Assembly: GCA_029907205.1 (NCBI GenBank)
Contig: JARYMI010000002.1
Coordinates: forward strand, 59,060-123,059
Length of the DNA stretch: 64,000 bases
Direction of reading: 5' to 3'
DNA from: Clostridiales bacterium
GTDB lineage: Bacteria > Acidobacteriota > Aminicenantia > Aminicenantales > UBA8522
The notes beneath the pieces were generated by a model that saw only the letters and a program-made list of their open reading frames with translations, searched no databases and was not told where the DNA came from. Below, piece by piece: positions 18,095 through 27,021 of this stretch. The position numbers and the translations under genes were made by a program. How positions within the stretch are numbered: position 1 is the first letter of the stretch; every line of letters starts with the position of its first letter.

Positions 18095-19555
18095 TCAGGC
18101 AAGCTCTTGGAGGCAAGCGGTCAGAAACTTCCAGAATTTCTCCACCGACCCCACGTTGACCCTTTCTTCCGGAGAATGAGGATGCTCGATGGTCGGCCCA
18201 AAGGAGATCATGTCCATGCCAGGGAATTTCTCGCCGATGATCCCGCACTCGAGTCCGGCATGGACGGCTTTGACCACAGGAGCCTTATCAAAAGTCTTGG
18301 CGTAGACCGTGGTGAGCTTTTTGAGCAGCTCAGATTGAAGGTTTGGCTCCCAGCCCGGGTAGCCCCCCGGCTGGGCCACGCGGGCGCGGGCGAGTTCGGC
18401 CGTCGCCCTGATGGAGTCCTTGACAGCCTTCAGGGCTGTGGCAACTGAACTCCGGCTGCTGCAGATGATCCGGGCTGTCTTCTTCTCACAGCGGATAATG
18501 GCCAGGTTTGTCGAGGTTTCAACTAGTCCGGCGATCTCGGGATGCATGGCGATAACGCCGTGGGGCAGGCTGAGAAGGAGTTGGAGAAGCGTCTTCTGGG
18601 AAGCTGCGGTCAGGGGGTCGGCAATCCGGGAAACACCCTCAATTTTCTCGAAAGAACAGCTGGCCTCTTTCTCGACGGCCCTGTATTCATTCCTGATGCC
18701 ATCAAAATGGCTCTTGAAGAAGACGTCCAGTTTTTTGGCGACGCGCCGGTCGATGGACAAGTCCGCCCTGGCTTCTCGCGGAATCGCGTTTCTCTTGTTG
18801 CCGCCTTCCACTTCGATGAGCTCGAAGGCAAACTTCTCTTGGGCGTTGTAGAGAAGCCGGGCAAGAAAGCGGATGGCGTTCCCCCGGCCTTGGTTGATGT
18901 CAAGACCGGAATGGCCGCCCCGGAGTCCATAGAGCTTGAGACGGTATGTGTCTCTAAGGCTCCGCTTTTTCCTTTCCAGGGGAAGCGTGATTTCAGTGTC
19001 TCCGCCCCCGCTGCAGCCGATGGTGAATGTCCCTTCTTCTTCGCTGTCCAGGTTGAGCAGTTCCTTCCCTTGAAGGAAACCCTTCTTCAGCTTGTTGGCG
19101 CCGGTAAGGCCGGTTTCCTCATCAACCGTGAACAGGCATTCCAAAGGCCCATGGACAAGAGTATTATCCTCAAGAGCAGCCAGGGCAGCAGCAACGCCAA
19201 TCCCGTTGTCAGAGCCGAGGGTTGTCCCGACAGCCTGGATCCAGTCACCTCGTCTCTCTGCTCGAATCGGGTCTTTGGAAAAATCATGCTCAACATCCGA
19301 GTTCTTTTCGCAGACCATGTCTATGTGGCTCTGCAGGATGACGCCGGCTGCGTTTTCATGGCCGGGCGTGGCCGGCTTCCCGACGACGACGTTTCCGACC
19401 TTGTCCCGCTTCCAGGATAGGCTAAGTCTTTCGGCAACAGAAATGATATAGTCACCGAGAGGTTTTTCATTTCCCGAGCAGTGGGGAAGTTTCAAGATTT
19501 CGGAAAAATGTTTCCAGAGGAGAGCGGGTTTAAGCTCATCAAAAATAGCTGTCAT
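18095..19555 (-). CDS. pepD: Aminoacyl-histidine (Xaa-His) dipeptidase, M20C family
   Basis: MTAIFDELKPALLWKHFSEILKLPHCSGNEKPL...QSHIDMVCEKN...: PepD-type M20 signatures. GGGAGG RBS before the ATG at 19555. The track start at 19660 is an upstream extension. Confidence 0.75.
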   Translation of the reverse strand: MTAIFDELKPALLWKHFSEILKLPHCSGNEKPLGDYIISVAERLSLSWKRDKVGNVVVGKPATPGHENAAGVILQSHIDMVCEKNSDVEHDFSKDPIRAERRGDWIQAVGTTLGSDNGIGVAAALAALEDNTLVHGPLECLFTVDEETGLTGANKLKKGFLQGKELLNLDSEEEGTFTIGCSGGGDTEITLPLERKKRSLRDTYRLKLYGLRGGHSGLDINQGRGNAIRFLARLLYNAQEKFAFELIEVEGGNKRNAIPREARADLSIDRRVAKKLDVFFKSHFDGIRNEYRAVEKEASCSFEKIEGVSRIADPLTAASQKTLLQLLLSLPHGVIAMHPEIAGLVETSTNLAIIRCEKKTARIICSSRSSVATALKAVKDSIRATAELARARVAQPGGYPGWEPNLQSELLKKLTTVYAKTFDKAPVVKAVHAGLECGIIGEKFPGMDMISFGPTIEHPHSPEERVNVGSVEKFWKFLTACLQELA

Positions 19556-19719
19556 ATATTCCTCCCTGAAAATGGTTAAAGATAGGCTGAGTTTTTTTGA
19601 AAAAGCTCGAACCATCCATTGGAAGGTCTGAATCATGCCATAACTCAGGGCCCAATTCAAGGGGATTATGCGCCGGCTGATTCAACAGGAGTTGCCCCAA
19701 AAATAGGGGCTGATTTTTG

Positions 19720-20567
19720 CTAGATGGTTCTGATATCATATCCGTTTTCAAAAAGATGCGTTGCAAAGCTGTGCCTCAATGTATGCACTGACGCTTGCTT
19801 TGTAATCCCCGCTTTCCCCACAGCAACCTTGAACGCCTTCTGAAGTAAAGCGGGATGGACATGGTGCCTTCTGACAATATTGCTTCTTTGGTCAATGGAG
19901 AGCGATTTCGATGGAAAAACCCAGAACCATCCCCATTCCTTCCCGGCATTGGGATATTTTTTCTCCAGGGCATCGGGAGGCGTAGTACCCCCATATCCTT
20001 TCGCCAAATCCTGGTCATGCATCTTCTTTATTCTCTGCAGATGTAATTTAAGAGACTCCTTAATCTTGTCAGGCATTATGGTGGTTCTATCTTTCTCTCC
20101 TTTTCCCGAGCGGATGATCAGGAGATTATTGGCGAAATCGATGTCCTTGATTCTTAAGCGGATGCATTCCAGAAGGCGGAGGCCGCTTCCATAAAGCAAT
20201 TGAGCCATAAGCAGATATGGCCCCTCAAGAAAAGAAAGGAGCCGATTAACCTCTTCGCGAGTCAAGACAACGGGGAGTCTTCTCTTTTGCCGCGCCCTTT
20301 CGGTGTCAGACAGGTCGCACAGGTTTTTCTGCAGGATATTCCGGAAAAGAAACAATAAGGTCTGTTTTGAAAATATTTGAGAAACCTAACCACCCAGTAG
20401 ACATAGAATCTGGCTTTTTCCAGGGGGACAAATCGATGGCGCCTGAGAAAGTCTTCAAAATCGGAGAGGTTTTTTTGATGGTCCAATCGGCACCCCCAGG
20501 GCGGTTTGCAATTTAATATGGATAATTCTAAGATAATATTGCAATTTTGCGAGGATATTAAATGCAA
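19720..20567 (-). pseudogene. Integron integrase (intI) remnant: frameshifted and lacking the C-terminal Tyr box
   Basis: Frame A (20262..20567) reads ...FLRRHRFVPLEKARFYVYWVVRFLKYF..., the IntI N-terminal region. Frame B (19720..20355) reads ...RLPVVLTREEVNRLLSF...GKGEKDRTTIMP...PPDALEKKYPNAGKEWGWFWVFPS...HTLRHSFATHLFENGYDIRTI*. The KYP..W.WVFP patch is the IntI-specific additional domain absent from XerC/D. The stop comes before the LLGH...Y catalytic tyrosine box. Confidence 0.65.
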
Positions 20568-20574
20568 TCACGTA

Positions 20575-20639
20575 ATATACGACGGTCATCGGGGCAAATT
20601 TGTATCAAAGACAGCACGCTGTATATTAATAGTTAGGCG
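20575..20639 (+). other. Candidate attI: three TGCAAT-containing repeats followed by perfect core site GTTAGGC (20633..20639)
   Basis: ttgcaatttaata / ttgcaattttgcg / atgcaatcacg, then aatAGTTAGGCg. GTTRRRY core consensus. Position and orientation relative to intI are as expected for attI. Confidence 0.4.
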
Positions 20640-20689
20640 GTGCGTGAGGGCAAAAGACGCCTCAGTCAAAGTAGAAGTGCGAGGTAAGA

Positions 20690-21916
20690 TTGGCAATGCT
20701 AAATCTGGAGTCCGCAGATAACCTTTTTCAGACGGGAGATTTCACAAAGGCGGAGAGGCTCTATGCTGAAGCGCTGACTGGGGATCCGAGGAATTTCCAT
20801 GCTGTCGTTCGCTTAGGCTACATTGCTCTACTTGCTAATCGTCTGGACGATGCGCAGAAGTGGCTAACTGAGGCAATGGACCTCAAGCCTGAAGATGCCA
20901 CGCCAAAAACCTTACTGGCAGAGACTTTCTATCGCCGTGACGATTTCCAACAGGCAGCCCCATTACTGCGTGCCCTTGGCAGAGAGGCCATGGCAAAGAA
21001 ATTGGAAAGTTTCAATGGTGCTATGCCATACCAAATCGAGGGCAAGGCTGAAGTCACATATCTGAAGTTCGTTATGACCGACCCATTGCCTGTTATCCAA
21101 GTGCAAGTCAACCGCAGCGAGCCTGTCAACCTTTTCATTGATACAGGCGGAGCAGAGGTGATCATTGATACGGAGTTTGCCGAAGAAGTGGGCGGAGCGC
21201 AGTTTGGGACGGAGAGAGGCACTTTTGCAGGGGGGCAACAGGCAGGCTACCAACAGGGACGAATAGACTCCTTAACGCTCGGTGATTTCATTATCAAGAA
21301 TGTGCCTGTGCATATGATGGATGTCTGCCGTTTCTCTTCTGTCTTTGGAGGAAAACGAGTAGACGGCGTTATCGGGACGGTTTTGCTATATCACTTCTTG
21401 GCTACCTTGGACTATCCCCAAGGCGAACTGATTTTGCGACGCAAGACGAAGGAGACCCTGCAGCACTTTGATCAGGACGAAAAGGAGCAAAAGCATATCG
21501 TGGTTCCCTTTTGGATGGCTGGCGATCATTACATGGTAGCGTGGGGGACAATTAACAAAAGCCAACCGATGCTTTTCTTTGTGGACACGGGGTTAGCAGG
21601 CGGTGGATTCACATGCCCAGAATCCACGTTGAAGGAAGCAGGCATTCAGTTACGGGAAGGCCTTGCAGATGAGGGAATCGGCGGCGGAGGGAAAGTGAAA
21701 GCCGTTCCGTTCGTGGTGGAGGAATTGACGTTTGGGGGTGCCAGGGAGCACAACGTTCGGGGGGTGTATGCAGGCGCTTTTCCTTTTGAAAATGCCTTCG
21801 GGTTTCGCATTGGAGGCTTGATATCGCATGGATTCTTCAGGCCCTATGCTCTGACCCTCGATTTTACTAGCATGAGATATTTTCTGGAGAGAAAAGAATT
21901 CGCAGAGGCCGCCTAA
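20690..21916 (+). CDS. Cassette 1 ORF: TPR repeats + two-lobed retropepsin-like aspartyl protease
   Basis: N-terminal TPR (…AERLYAEALTGDPRNFHAVVRLGYIALLANRLDDAQKWL…), then two DTG lobes: LFIDTGGAEVIID and FFVDTGLAGGGFTC. TTG start. Confidence 0.6.
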   Translation: MAMLNLESADNLFQTGDFTKAERLYAEALTGDPRNFHAVVRLGYIALLANRLDDAQKWLTEAMDLKPEDATPKTLLAETFYRRDDFQQAAPLLRALGREAMAKKLESFNGAMPYQIEGKAEVTYLKFVMTDPLPVIQVQVNRSEPVNLFIDTGGAEVIIDTEFAEEVGGAQFGTERGTFAGGQQAGYQQGRIDSLTLGDFIIKNVPVHMMDVCRFSSVFGGKRVDGVIGTVLLYHFLATLDYPQGELILRRKTKETLQHFDQDEKEQKHIVVPFWMAGDHYMVAWGTINKSQPMLFFVDTGLAGGGFTCPESTLKEAGIQLREGLADEGIGGGGKVKAVPFVVEELTFGGAREHNVRGVYAGAFPFENAFGFRIGGLISHGFFRPYALTLDFTSMRYFLERKEFAEAA

Positions 21917-22024
21917 CAAGCTGCTGGAGCCGACCGCGCCAACGCGCGCGGCAATTCAAGCGCTCATTTCCATTCGTGCCATTCTGGGAAGAGGGCGCGG
22001 CGGCTCAGGCGCAGGCCGTTATGC
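21911..22024 (+). repeat. attC-like recombination site 1 (114 bp)
   Basis: Starts with inverse core GCCTAAC (the ORF stop TAA is inside it) and ends with GTTATGC. The ends form an imperfect inverted repeat with unpaired bases (GCCTAACAAGCTGCTGGAGCC vs revcomp GCATAACGGCCTGCGCCTGAGCC). Internal GC-rich palindrome GACCGCGCC…GGCGCGGCGGC. The next ORF's RBS follows immediately. Confidence 0.55.
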
Positions 22025-22044
22025 AGAAAAGGAGGTAAATTGCT

Positions 22045-23019
22045 ATGATAAGCATGAACATGAAATGGAGGATGTTTTGGCTGATAGGGATGTTGCTATT
22101 GGCAACCAGCATCACCTTTGCCCAGGAAGAAGATGTGGAAGGGAGTAAAGACCATCCATTGATTTCACGGTATCCGGGGTTGGTCATCAAATATTACGAT
22201 GTGAAAGAGTTTAACGAATATGTTCTTCCATTGGGTAAACTCGAAGAAAAAAAACTGACAAAGAGCCAAAGGTTGGAAGGAAAAGTGACACAAATCACAT
22301 ATTCCGCTCCAGCGGGCAGGTCAACACTTGAGATATATCGTAACTACGAGTTAGCCCTGAAGAAGGCTGGCTTTGAAACTTTATTTACTGTGACAAGTAA
22401 GGAATTAGGAGAATGGGGATGGGATCCATTTGCAAATGCATTTGCTGCTGCTACTTCTCCTCGATCTACAGAGTACTTAGGTGCCTTCTTAGGTGGTGAA
22501 GGACGATATCTTGCTGCAAAATTGACTCGTCCAGAAGGAGATATTTATGTAGCTCTTTGTATGGCGATAGGGTGGTACTCCAATGCAATGGTCCAACTTG
22601 ATGTAATTGAACTCAAACCAATGGAGACAGGATTGGTAACAGTGAATGCAGAGGCATTGGCACAAGATATTACAAGAACCGGACATGTGGCTATCTATGG
22701 CATCTACTTCGACGCAGGTAAGACAGATGTAAAGCCTGAATCTGAGCCGACCTTAAAAGAGATTGCCAAGCTCCTCCAACAGAACCTCGAACTTAAACTG
22801 TATGTTGTAGGTCATACTGATAATATTGGCACCTTGACTGGCAATATGGAACTCTCAAAACTCAGAGCTGAGGCAGTGGTGAAGACGCTTATTTCCAAGC
22901 ACGGTATAGACTCAAAAAGACTCCATCCTGTTGGGGTGGGACCTTTGGCTCCGGTCATTTCTAACAAAACCGACGAAGGTCGGGCAAAGAATCGCCGCGT
23001 AGAGTTAGTGGAACAGTAA
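22045..23019 (+). CDS. Cassette 2 ORF: secreted protein with C-terminal OmpA-family peptidoglycan-binding domain
   Basis: Signal peptide MKWRMFWLIGMLLLATSITFAQE. C-terminus LYVVGHTDNIGTLTGNMELSKLRAEAV…NRRVELV is OmpA/MotB-like. AAGGAGG RBS. Visibly AT-richer codon usage than neighbours. Confidence 0.7.
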   Translation: MISMNMKWRMFWLIGMLLLATSITFAQEEDVEGSKDHPLISRYPGLVIKYYDVKEFNEYVLPLGKLEEKKLTKSQRLEGKVTQITYSAPAGRSTLEIYRNYELALKKAGFETLFTVTSKELGEWGWDPFANAFAAATSPRSTEYLGAFLGGEGRYLAAKLTRPEGDIYVALCMAIGWYSNAMVQLDVIELKPMETGLVTVNAEALAQDITRTGHVAIYGIYFDAGKTDVKPESEPTLKEIAKLLQQNLELKLYVVGHTDNIGTLTGNMELSKLRAEAVVKTLISKHGIDSKRLHPVGVGPLAPVISNKTDEGRAKNRRVELVEQ

Positions 23020-23049
23020 TGTTGAAAAGAAGGGTTTTGATTTTTGCTC

Positions 23050-23109
23050 TGCCTAACCAGTCGCTGAAGCTGACGGCGTAAACGCCGCAGCTCAGCTCTA
23101 TCGTTCAGG
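23050..23109 (+). repeat. attC-like recombination site 2 (60 bp)
   Basis: GCCTAAC CAGTCG CTGAAGC TGACGGCG TAAA CGCCGCAGCTCAGC TCTATC GTTCAGGC. This is the R''-spacer-L''-stem-L'-spacer-R' layout and length of short attC sites, with extrahelical bases. It starts 30 nt after the ORF stop. Confidence 0.6.
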
Positions 23110-23216
23110 CGAATTATTCGACGGGATTACCTCTTAGAAAATTTTGGGGTAACTCCTGGCTGATTCAAGCCTTGCGTTGGCCCGAGGTCTCATACTAAAA
23201 TGCTTATAGTCTGAAC

Positions 23217-24383
23217 ATGCCTGAAGAGGAACAAACACTTTTTCTCAAGCTTTACGGCCGAGCCGCTGAAGTTCTGGCCTCAGCTCCGGGAAGGATCAAT
23301 ATTATCGGGGAGCACACCGATTACAACAACGGTTATGTTCTGCCGGCTGCCATCCATCTCCGCAATCACTTCCTGGCCTCCCGGCGGACTGATCATGAGG
23401 TCCATGTTTGGGCAAAAAATTTCAGCGAGACCGACGTGTTCTCACTCGAGGAGCTGCAGCCTCTGCCTGACAAAAGATGGGCCAATTACATCAGGGGCAT
23501 TTTCTGGGCGCTCGTTGAAGAGGGCGCGGCCCTGGGCGGCGTCGACGGACTTGTCTGGGGCGACGTGCCGATCGAGGCAGGGCTGAGCTCATCGGCGGCG
23601 CTCGAGGTGAGCGTCATCAAAGGCGTAACCGAGCTATTCGGTCTGAGCATGGAGCCGGAGAAGCTGGCCAAGCTCGCCCAGAAGGCTGAGCACGAATTCG
23701 GCGGCGTCAAGTGCGGGCTGATGGACCAGTTCATCGCCGTCTTTGGCCAGGAGAACAGCGCTCTTTTCCTGGACTGCGAGACTCTCGCCTTCGACCTCAT
23801 TCCCCTCAACCTCGATAAGGCTGGGCTTGAAATCCTGGTCTGCGACACCCGCGTCAAGAGGGAGCTTGCCTCTTCGGAATACAACAGGAGGCGAGAGGAG
23901 TCTGCGGCTGCTCTCATTGTCCTGGGGAAGAGAGGTATCCGCACGTATAAAGAAGCGACCCTCGACCTTCTCGATGAAGCGAAAGCCGTCCTTGACGATG
24001 TCAGTTTCAGGCGGGCCAGGCATGTCATCAGCGAAAACCAACGGGTCAAAGACTCGGCTGAGGCGCTGAGGGTTGATGATTTCATCCTCTTGGGCCGCCT
24101 CCTCTTTCAGTCCCACGAAAGCCTCAGAGACGATTACGAGGTCTCTTGCCCGGAGCTCGACTTGGTCTACGAAACGGGAAAAGAGTTCAAGGAGTGTTTG
24201 GGCGCACGGTTGGTCGGTGCCGGGTTCGGTGGGTCGGCGATTGCCCTTGTCACAGAAGCCAAAGCAGAAGAGTTTAAGAGGATGGTAACGGCAAGAGCGG
24301 AAGAGCGCGGGTTTCTGCGTCCCGAGTTCTACGATATCTCGGTCGGGCGCGGCGCCGCCTCAGAACGCTTGTCACCAATTTGA
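23217..24383 (+). CDS. galK: Galactokinase (GHMP kinase)
   Basis: PGRINIIGEHTDYNNGYVLPAAI galactokinase signature; GHMP ATP motif PIEAGLSSSAAL; C-terminal GAGFGG. Confidence 0.85.
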   Translation: MPEEEQTLFLKLYGRAAEVLASAPGRINIIGEHTDYNNGYVLPAAIHLRNHFLASRRTDHEVHVWAKNFSETDVFSLEELQPLPDKRWANYIRGIFWALVEEGAALGGVDGLVWGDVPIEAGLSSSAALEVSVIKGVTELFGLSMEPEKLAKLAQKAEHEFGGVKCGLMDQFIAVFGQENSALFLDCETLAFDLIPLNLDKAGLEILVCDTRVKRELASSEYNRRREESAAALIVLGKRGIRTYKEATLDLLDEAKAVLDDVSFRRARHVISENQRVKDSAEALRVDDFILLGRLLFQSHESLRDDYEVSCPELDLVYETGKEFKECLGARLVGAGFGGSAIALVTEAKAEEFKRMVTARAEERGFLRPEFYDISVGRGAASERLSPI

Positions 24384-24440
24384 GCGCGGAAAATATTCCG
24401 TTGATATGAAATATATAAGAGAAGACACGACGGGTGAGGA

Positions 24441-25394
24441 ATGAAAAGACAAATTTCTCGGATCGGTCGGCTGAGTATTGGCCTCGCCTGCGGGCTTGCT
24501 GCGGCGTTTGGGTTGGAACTTTTTGGCCGCAACTCCGCGAAAATTCGCATCGTGGCGTCTATTCTTCCTCTCTATGAGTTTGCTCGTTCTGTGGTCGGCG
24601 ACAGGGGAGAGGTGACACTCCTTTTGCCTCCAGGAGCCGGCGTTCACACCTGGCAACCGCGAGCGAGCGATATCATCCGCATCCATTCAGCTCATCTCTT
24701 TGTCTCCATCGGCGGAGGGCTCGAGCCCTGGCTGGACGACATCCTGCACAGCCTGCCGCCGCCGAAGCCCGAAGTCCTGACGGCGGCTGAATTCCTGCGT
24801 CTCATCGAGGACGAACACGATCACTCACAGAAGACAGAAGTCGAAGAAGGGAAAAAACACAGTGGCCTCGACCCCCATGTCTGGCTGGATTTTGAACTTG
24901 ACCAGGTTCTGGTCAGCCGCCTTGCCGAAGCCCTGAGCCGCCTCGACCCAAGCCACGCCGCCTTCTACCGGACAAACTCAAACCATACGATCTCACGACT
25001 CGCTGAGCTTCACCGCAAGTATGAAAAGGGTCTTCTGTCCTGCCGGCAGAGGGTTCTTCTGCTCGGAGGCCATGCCGCCTTCAGTTACCTGGCGCGCAAA
25101 TATCGTCTTGAGCAGGTCTCGCTCTATGGCCTGAGCCCAGACGCTGAGCCGGCGCCCGGCCGGATGATGTCAGCGATTCGCATGGCCAGGGAGAAGGGCA
25201 TCAAGGCTGTATTCGTCGAGGCCAACACGAACGACAGAATGGCGAGGGTTCTCGCCCGGGAAATCGGCGCCGAGTTGCTCGTCCTTAATCCCGGCTCTAA
25301 CCTCACAAGAAAAGAGCTCACCTCGGGCCTGACATTTTTTGCTATCATGGAAGAGAACCTCAGGACTATGAGAAAGGGACTCGGCTGTGAGTGA
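24441..25394 (+). CDS. Metal (Zn/Mn) ABC transporter substrate-binding protein, ZnuA/TroA-like
   Basis: Signal or lipoprotein-like N-terminus. His/acidic-rich loop EDEHDHSQKTEVEEGKKHSGLDPHVWLD, typical of ZnuA. Followed by the ATPase and permease. Confidence 0.7.
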   Translation: MKRQISRIGRLSIGLACGLAAAFGLELFGRNSAKIRIVASILPLYEFARSVVGDRGEVTLLLPPGAGVHTWQPRASDIIRIHSAHLFVSIGGGLEPWLDDILHSLPPPKPEVLTAAEFLRLIEDEHDHSQKTEVEEGKKHSGLDPHVWLDFELDQVLVSRLAEALSRLDPSHAAFYRTNSNHTISRLAELHRKYEKGLLSCRQRVLLLGGHAAFSYLARKYRLEQVSLYGLSPDAEPAPGRMMSAIRMAREKGIKAVFVEANTNDRMARVLAREIGAELLVLNPGSNLTRKELTSGLTFFAIMEENLRTMRKGLGCE

Positions 25395-26178
25395 AGAGAA
25401 GGAAGCGCAATCATCGAGCGGAACAAAGAATGCCCTGGAACTCGTCCGCGTTGACGGCGTGAGCTTCAAGTATGATGCGGGCCCGAATGTCCTCGAAGAA
25501 ATAAGCCTGACGATTCAGGCGGGGGACTTCTTAGCCCTGCTCGGCCCCAACGGTTCGGGCAAAACCACGCTTGTGAAGCTCATCCTTGGCCTGCTCAAAC
25601 CTTTGGCGGGGAACGTTTTCATCAAGGGGCGGCCGGTCGAGGAGTTTGAGGAGTGGCCAAAGATCGGCTATGTGCCACAGAAGGCAACCCACGTCGACCC
25701 GTTTTTCCCGGCCTCAGTCAGAGAGGTTGTGGCCATGGCCCTTTTTTCGCGAAGGGGGGCCTCCCTGAAGAAAAGCAAGGAAGAAGAGAAGGCCATCGCA
25801 ACAGCCCTGCAGAGCGTGGGGATGGAGGATTTCATGGGCCGGCCTGTCAGCCGCCTCTCTGGAGGACAGCAGCAGCGGGTCTTCATCGCCCGCGCCATCG
25901 TTCACTCGCCCGAACTCCTCATCCTGGACGAGCCAACAGCCGGCGTTGACGCCGTGACGCAGGAACGCTTTTATGAGATGCTCTACCAACTGAACAAGCA
26001 AAGGGCTATCACGATCCTGCTGGTCACACACGACATCGGGGTTGTCACCATGCACGTCAATAAGGTGGCTTGTGTCAACCAGCGGTTGACCTACCACGGC
26101 ACCCATGAAGACTTCTGTCAGTCGGAAGCGTTCAAAGCCATGTTAGCGGCTGGCCATCTCGTTTCCCACAGGCACTGA
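25387..26178 (+). CDS. Metal ABC transporter ATP-binding protein (ZnuC-like)
   Basis: Walker A LLGPNGSGKTTL, signature LSGGQQQRVFIARA, Walker B LLILDEPTAGVD. Confidence 0.8.
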   Translation: MSEEKEAQSSSGTKNALELVRVDGVSFKYDAGPNVLEEISLTIQAGDFLALLGPNGSGKTTLVKLILGLLKPLAGNVFIKGRPVEEFEEWPKIGYVPQKATHVDPFFPASVREVVAMALFSRRGASLKKSKEEEKAIATALQSVGMEDFMGRPVSRLSGGQQQRVFIARAIVHSPELLILDEPTAGVDAVTQERFYEMLYQLNKQRAITILLVTHDIGVVTMHVNKVACVNQRLTYHGTHEDFCQSEAFKAMLAAGHLVSHRH

Positions 26179-26181
26179 ACA

Positions 26182-26988
26182 ATGGAGGCTTTTTTCACTT
26201 ACGGGTTCTTGCAGCGGGCTCTTTTCGCCGGAATATTCGTGGCCGTTGCCTGTTCCATGCTGGGCCTTTTCCTTATTTTACGGCGTGACGCCATGATCGG
26301 CCATGGTCTGGCTCATGTCGCTTTTGGCGGGGTCGCTTTCGGGCTTTTCCTGAACATGATGCCGCTCGCCACAGCCCTGGGAGTGACGGTGTTAGCCTCC
26401 TGGGCTGTCATTAAACTCAAGGAGAAAGCCGGGCTGCACGGCGACTCAGCCATTGCCGTCTTCAGCAGCGTCGGCATGGCCATCGGGATTCTTCTTGCAA
26501 CTCTGGCCCATAACCTCAACGTCGACTTGCTGAGCTTTCTTTTCGGCGACATCCTGGCTATTGAACCGATTGAAGTCTGGCTTTCTATCGGCCTGGCCGC
26601 TGCAGTGGTCGCTTCCATCCTTATCAATTACCATCAATTGATGTTCCTGACCTTTGACAGGGAAGCAGCTCGCGCAGCGGGGATCCGCCCGCAGGGCCTT
26701 GATTTCCAGCTCACTGTCCTGACGGCAATCACGGTCGTCCTGGGAATGAAGGTCGTGGGGATTCTGCTCGTGACAGCTCTTCTTGTCATGCCGGCTGCAG
26801 CCGGTCTGCAGCTGGCCTCGAATTTCAAGCAGGCGCTGTGGATTTCCGCTGTGGTGGCTTTCCTTTCGGTCACAGGCGGGCTGGCGGCTGCCTTTGCGTT
26901 CGACCTCCCCGCATCGGCAGCAATCGTCCTTCTTGCCTTTTCCATCTTCGGGGCCTTGTTCCTGTTGCGGCGCAGGAAGAGGTTCTGA
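26182..26988 (+). CDS. Metal ABC transporter permease (ABC-3 family, ZnuB-like)
   Basis: 268 aa, ~8 TM helices. Position in the SBP-ATPase-permease operon. Confidence 0.75.
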   Translation: MEAFFTYGFLQRALFAGIFVAVACSMLGLFLILRRDAMIGHGLAHVAFGGVAFGLFLNMMPLATALGVTVLASWAVIKLKEKAGLHGDSAIAVFSSVGMAIGILLATLAHNLNVDLLSFLFGDILAIEPIEVWLSIGLAAAVVASILINYHQLMFLTFDREAARAAGIRPQGLDFQLTVLTAITVVLGMKVVGILLVTALLVMPAAAGLQLASNFKQALWISAVVAFLSVTGGLAAAFAFDLPASAAIVLLAFSIFGALFLLRRRKRF

Positions 26989-27021
26989 AAAAAAGAGCCG
27001 GCGAACGAGAAATAGCAAGAA

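Larger units (their letters stand above)
19720..23109. mobile_element. Integron-like locus: intI pseudogene, candidate attI, two gene cassettes with attC sites
   Basis: Divergent layout: intI on the minus strand; GTTAGGC core 66 bp past its start; two + strand ORFs each terminated by a GCCTAAC...GTT-core hairpin element. See the individual features. Confidence 0.6.

Noticed and set aside
23110-24440. galK as a possible third integron cassette
   Set aside because: No GCCTAAC…GTT-core hairpin follows galK. GC and codon usage match the genome. I treat it as the chromosomal boundary of the array.
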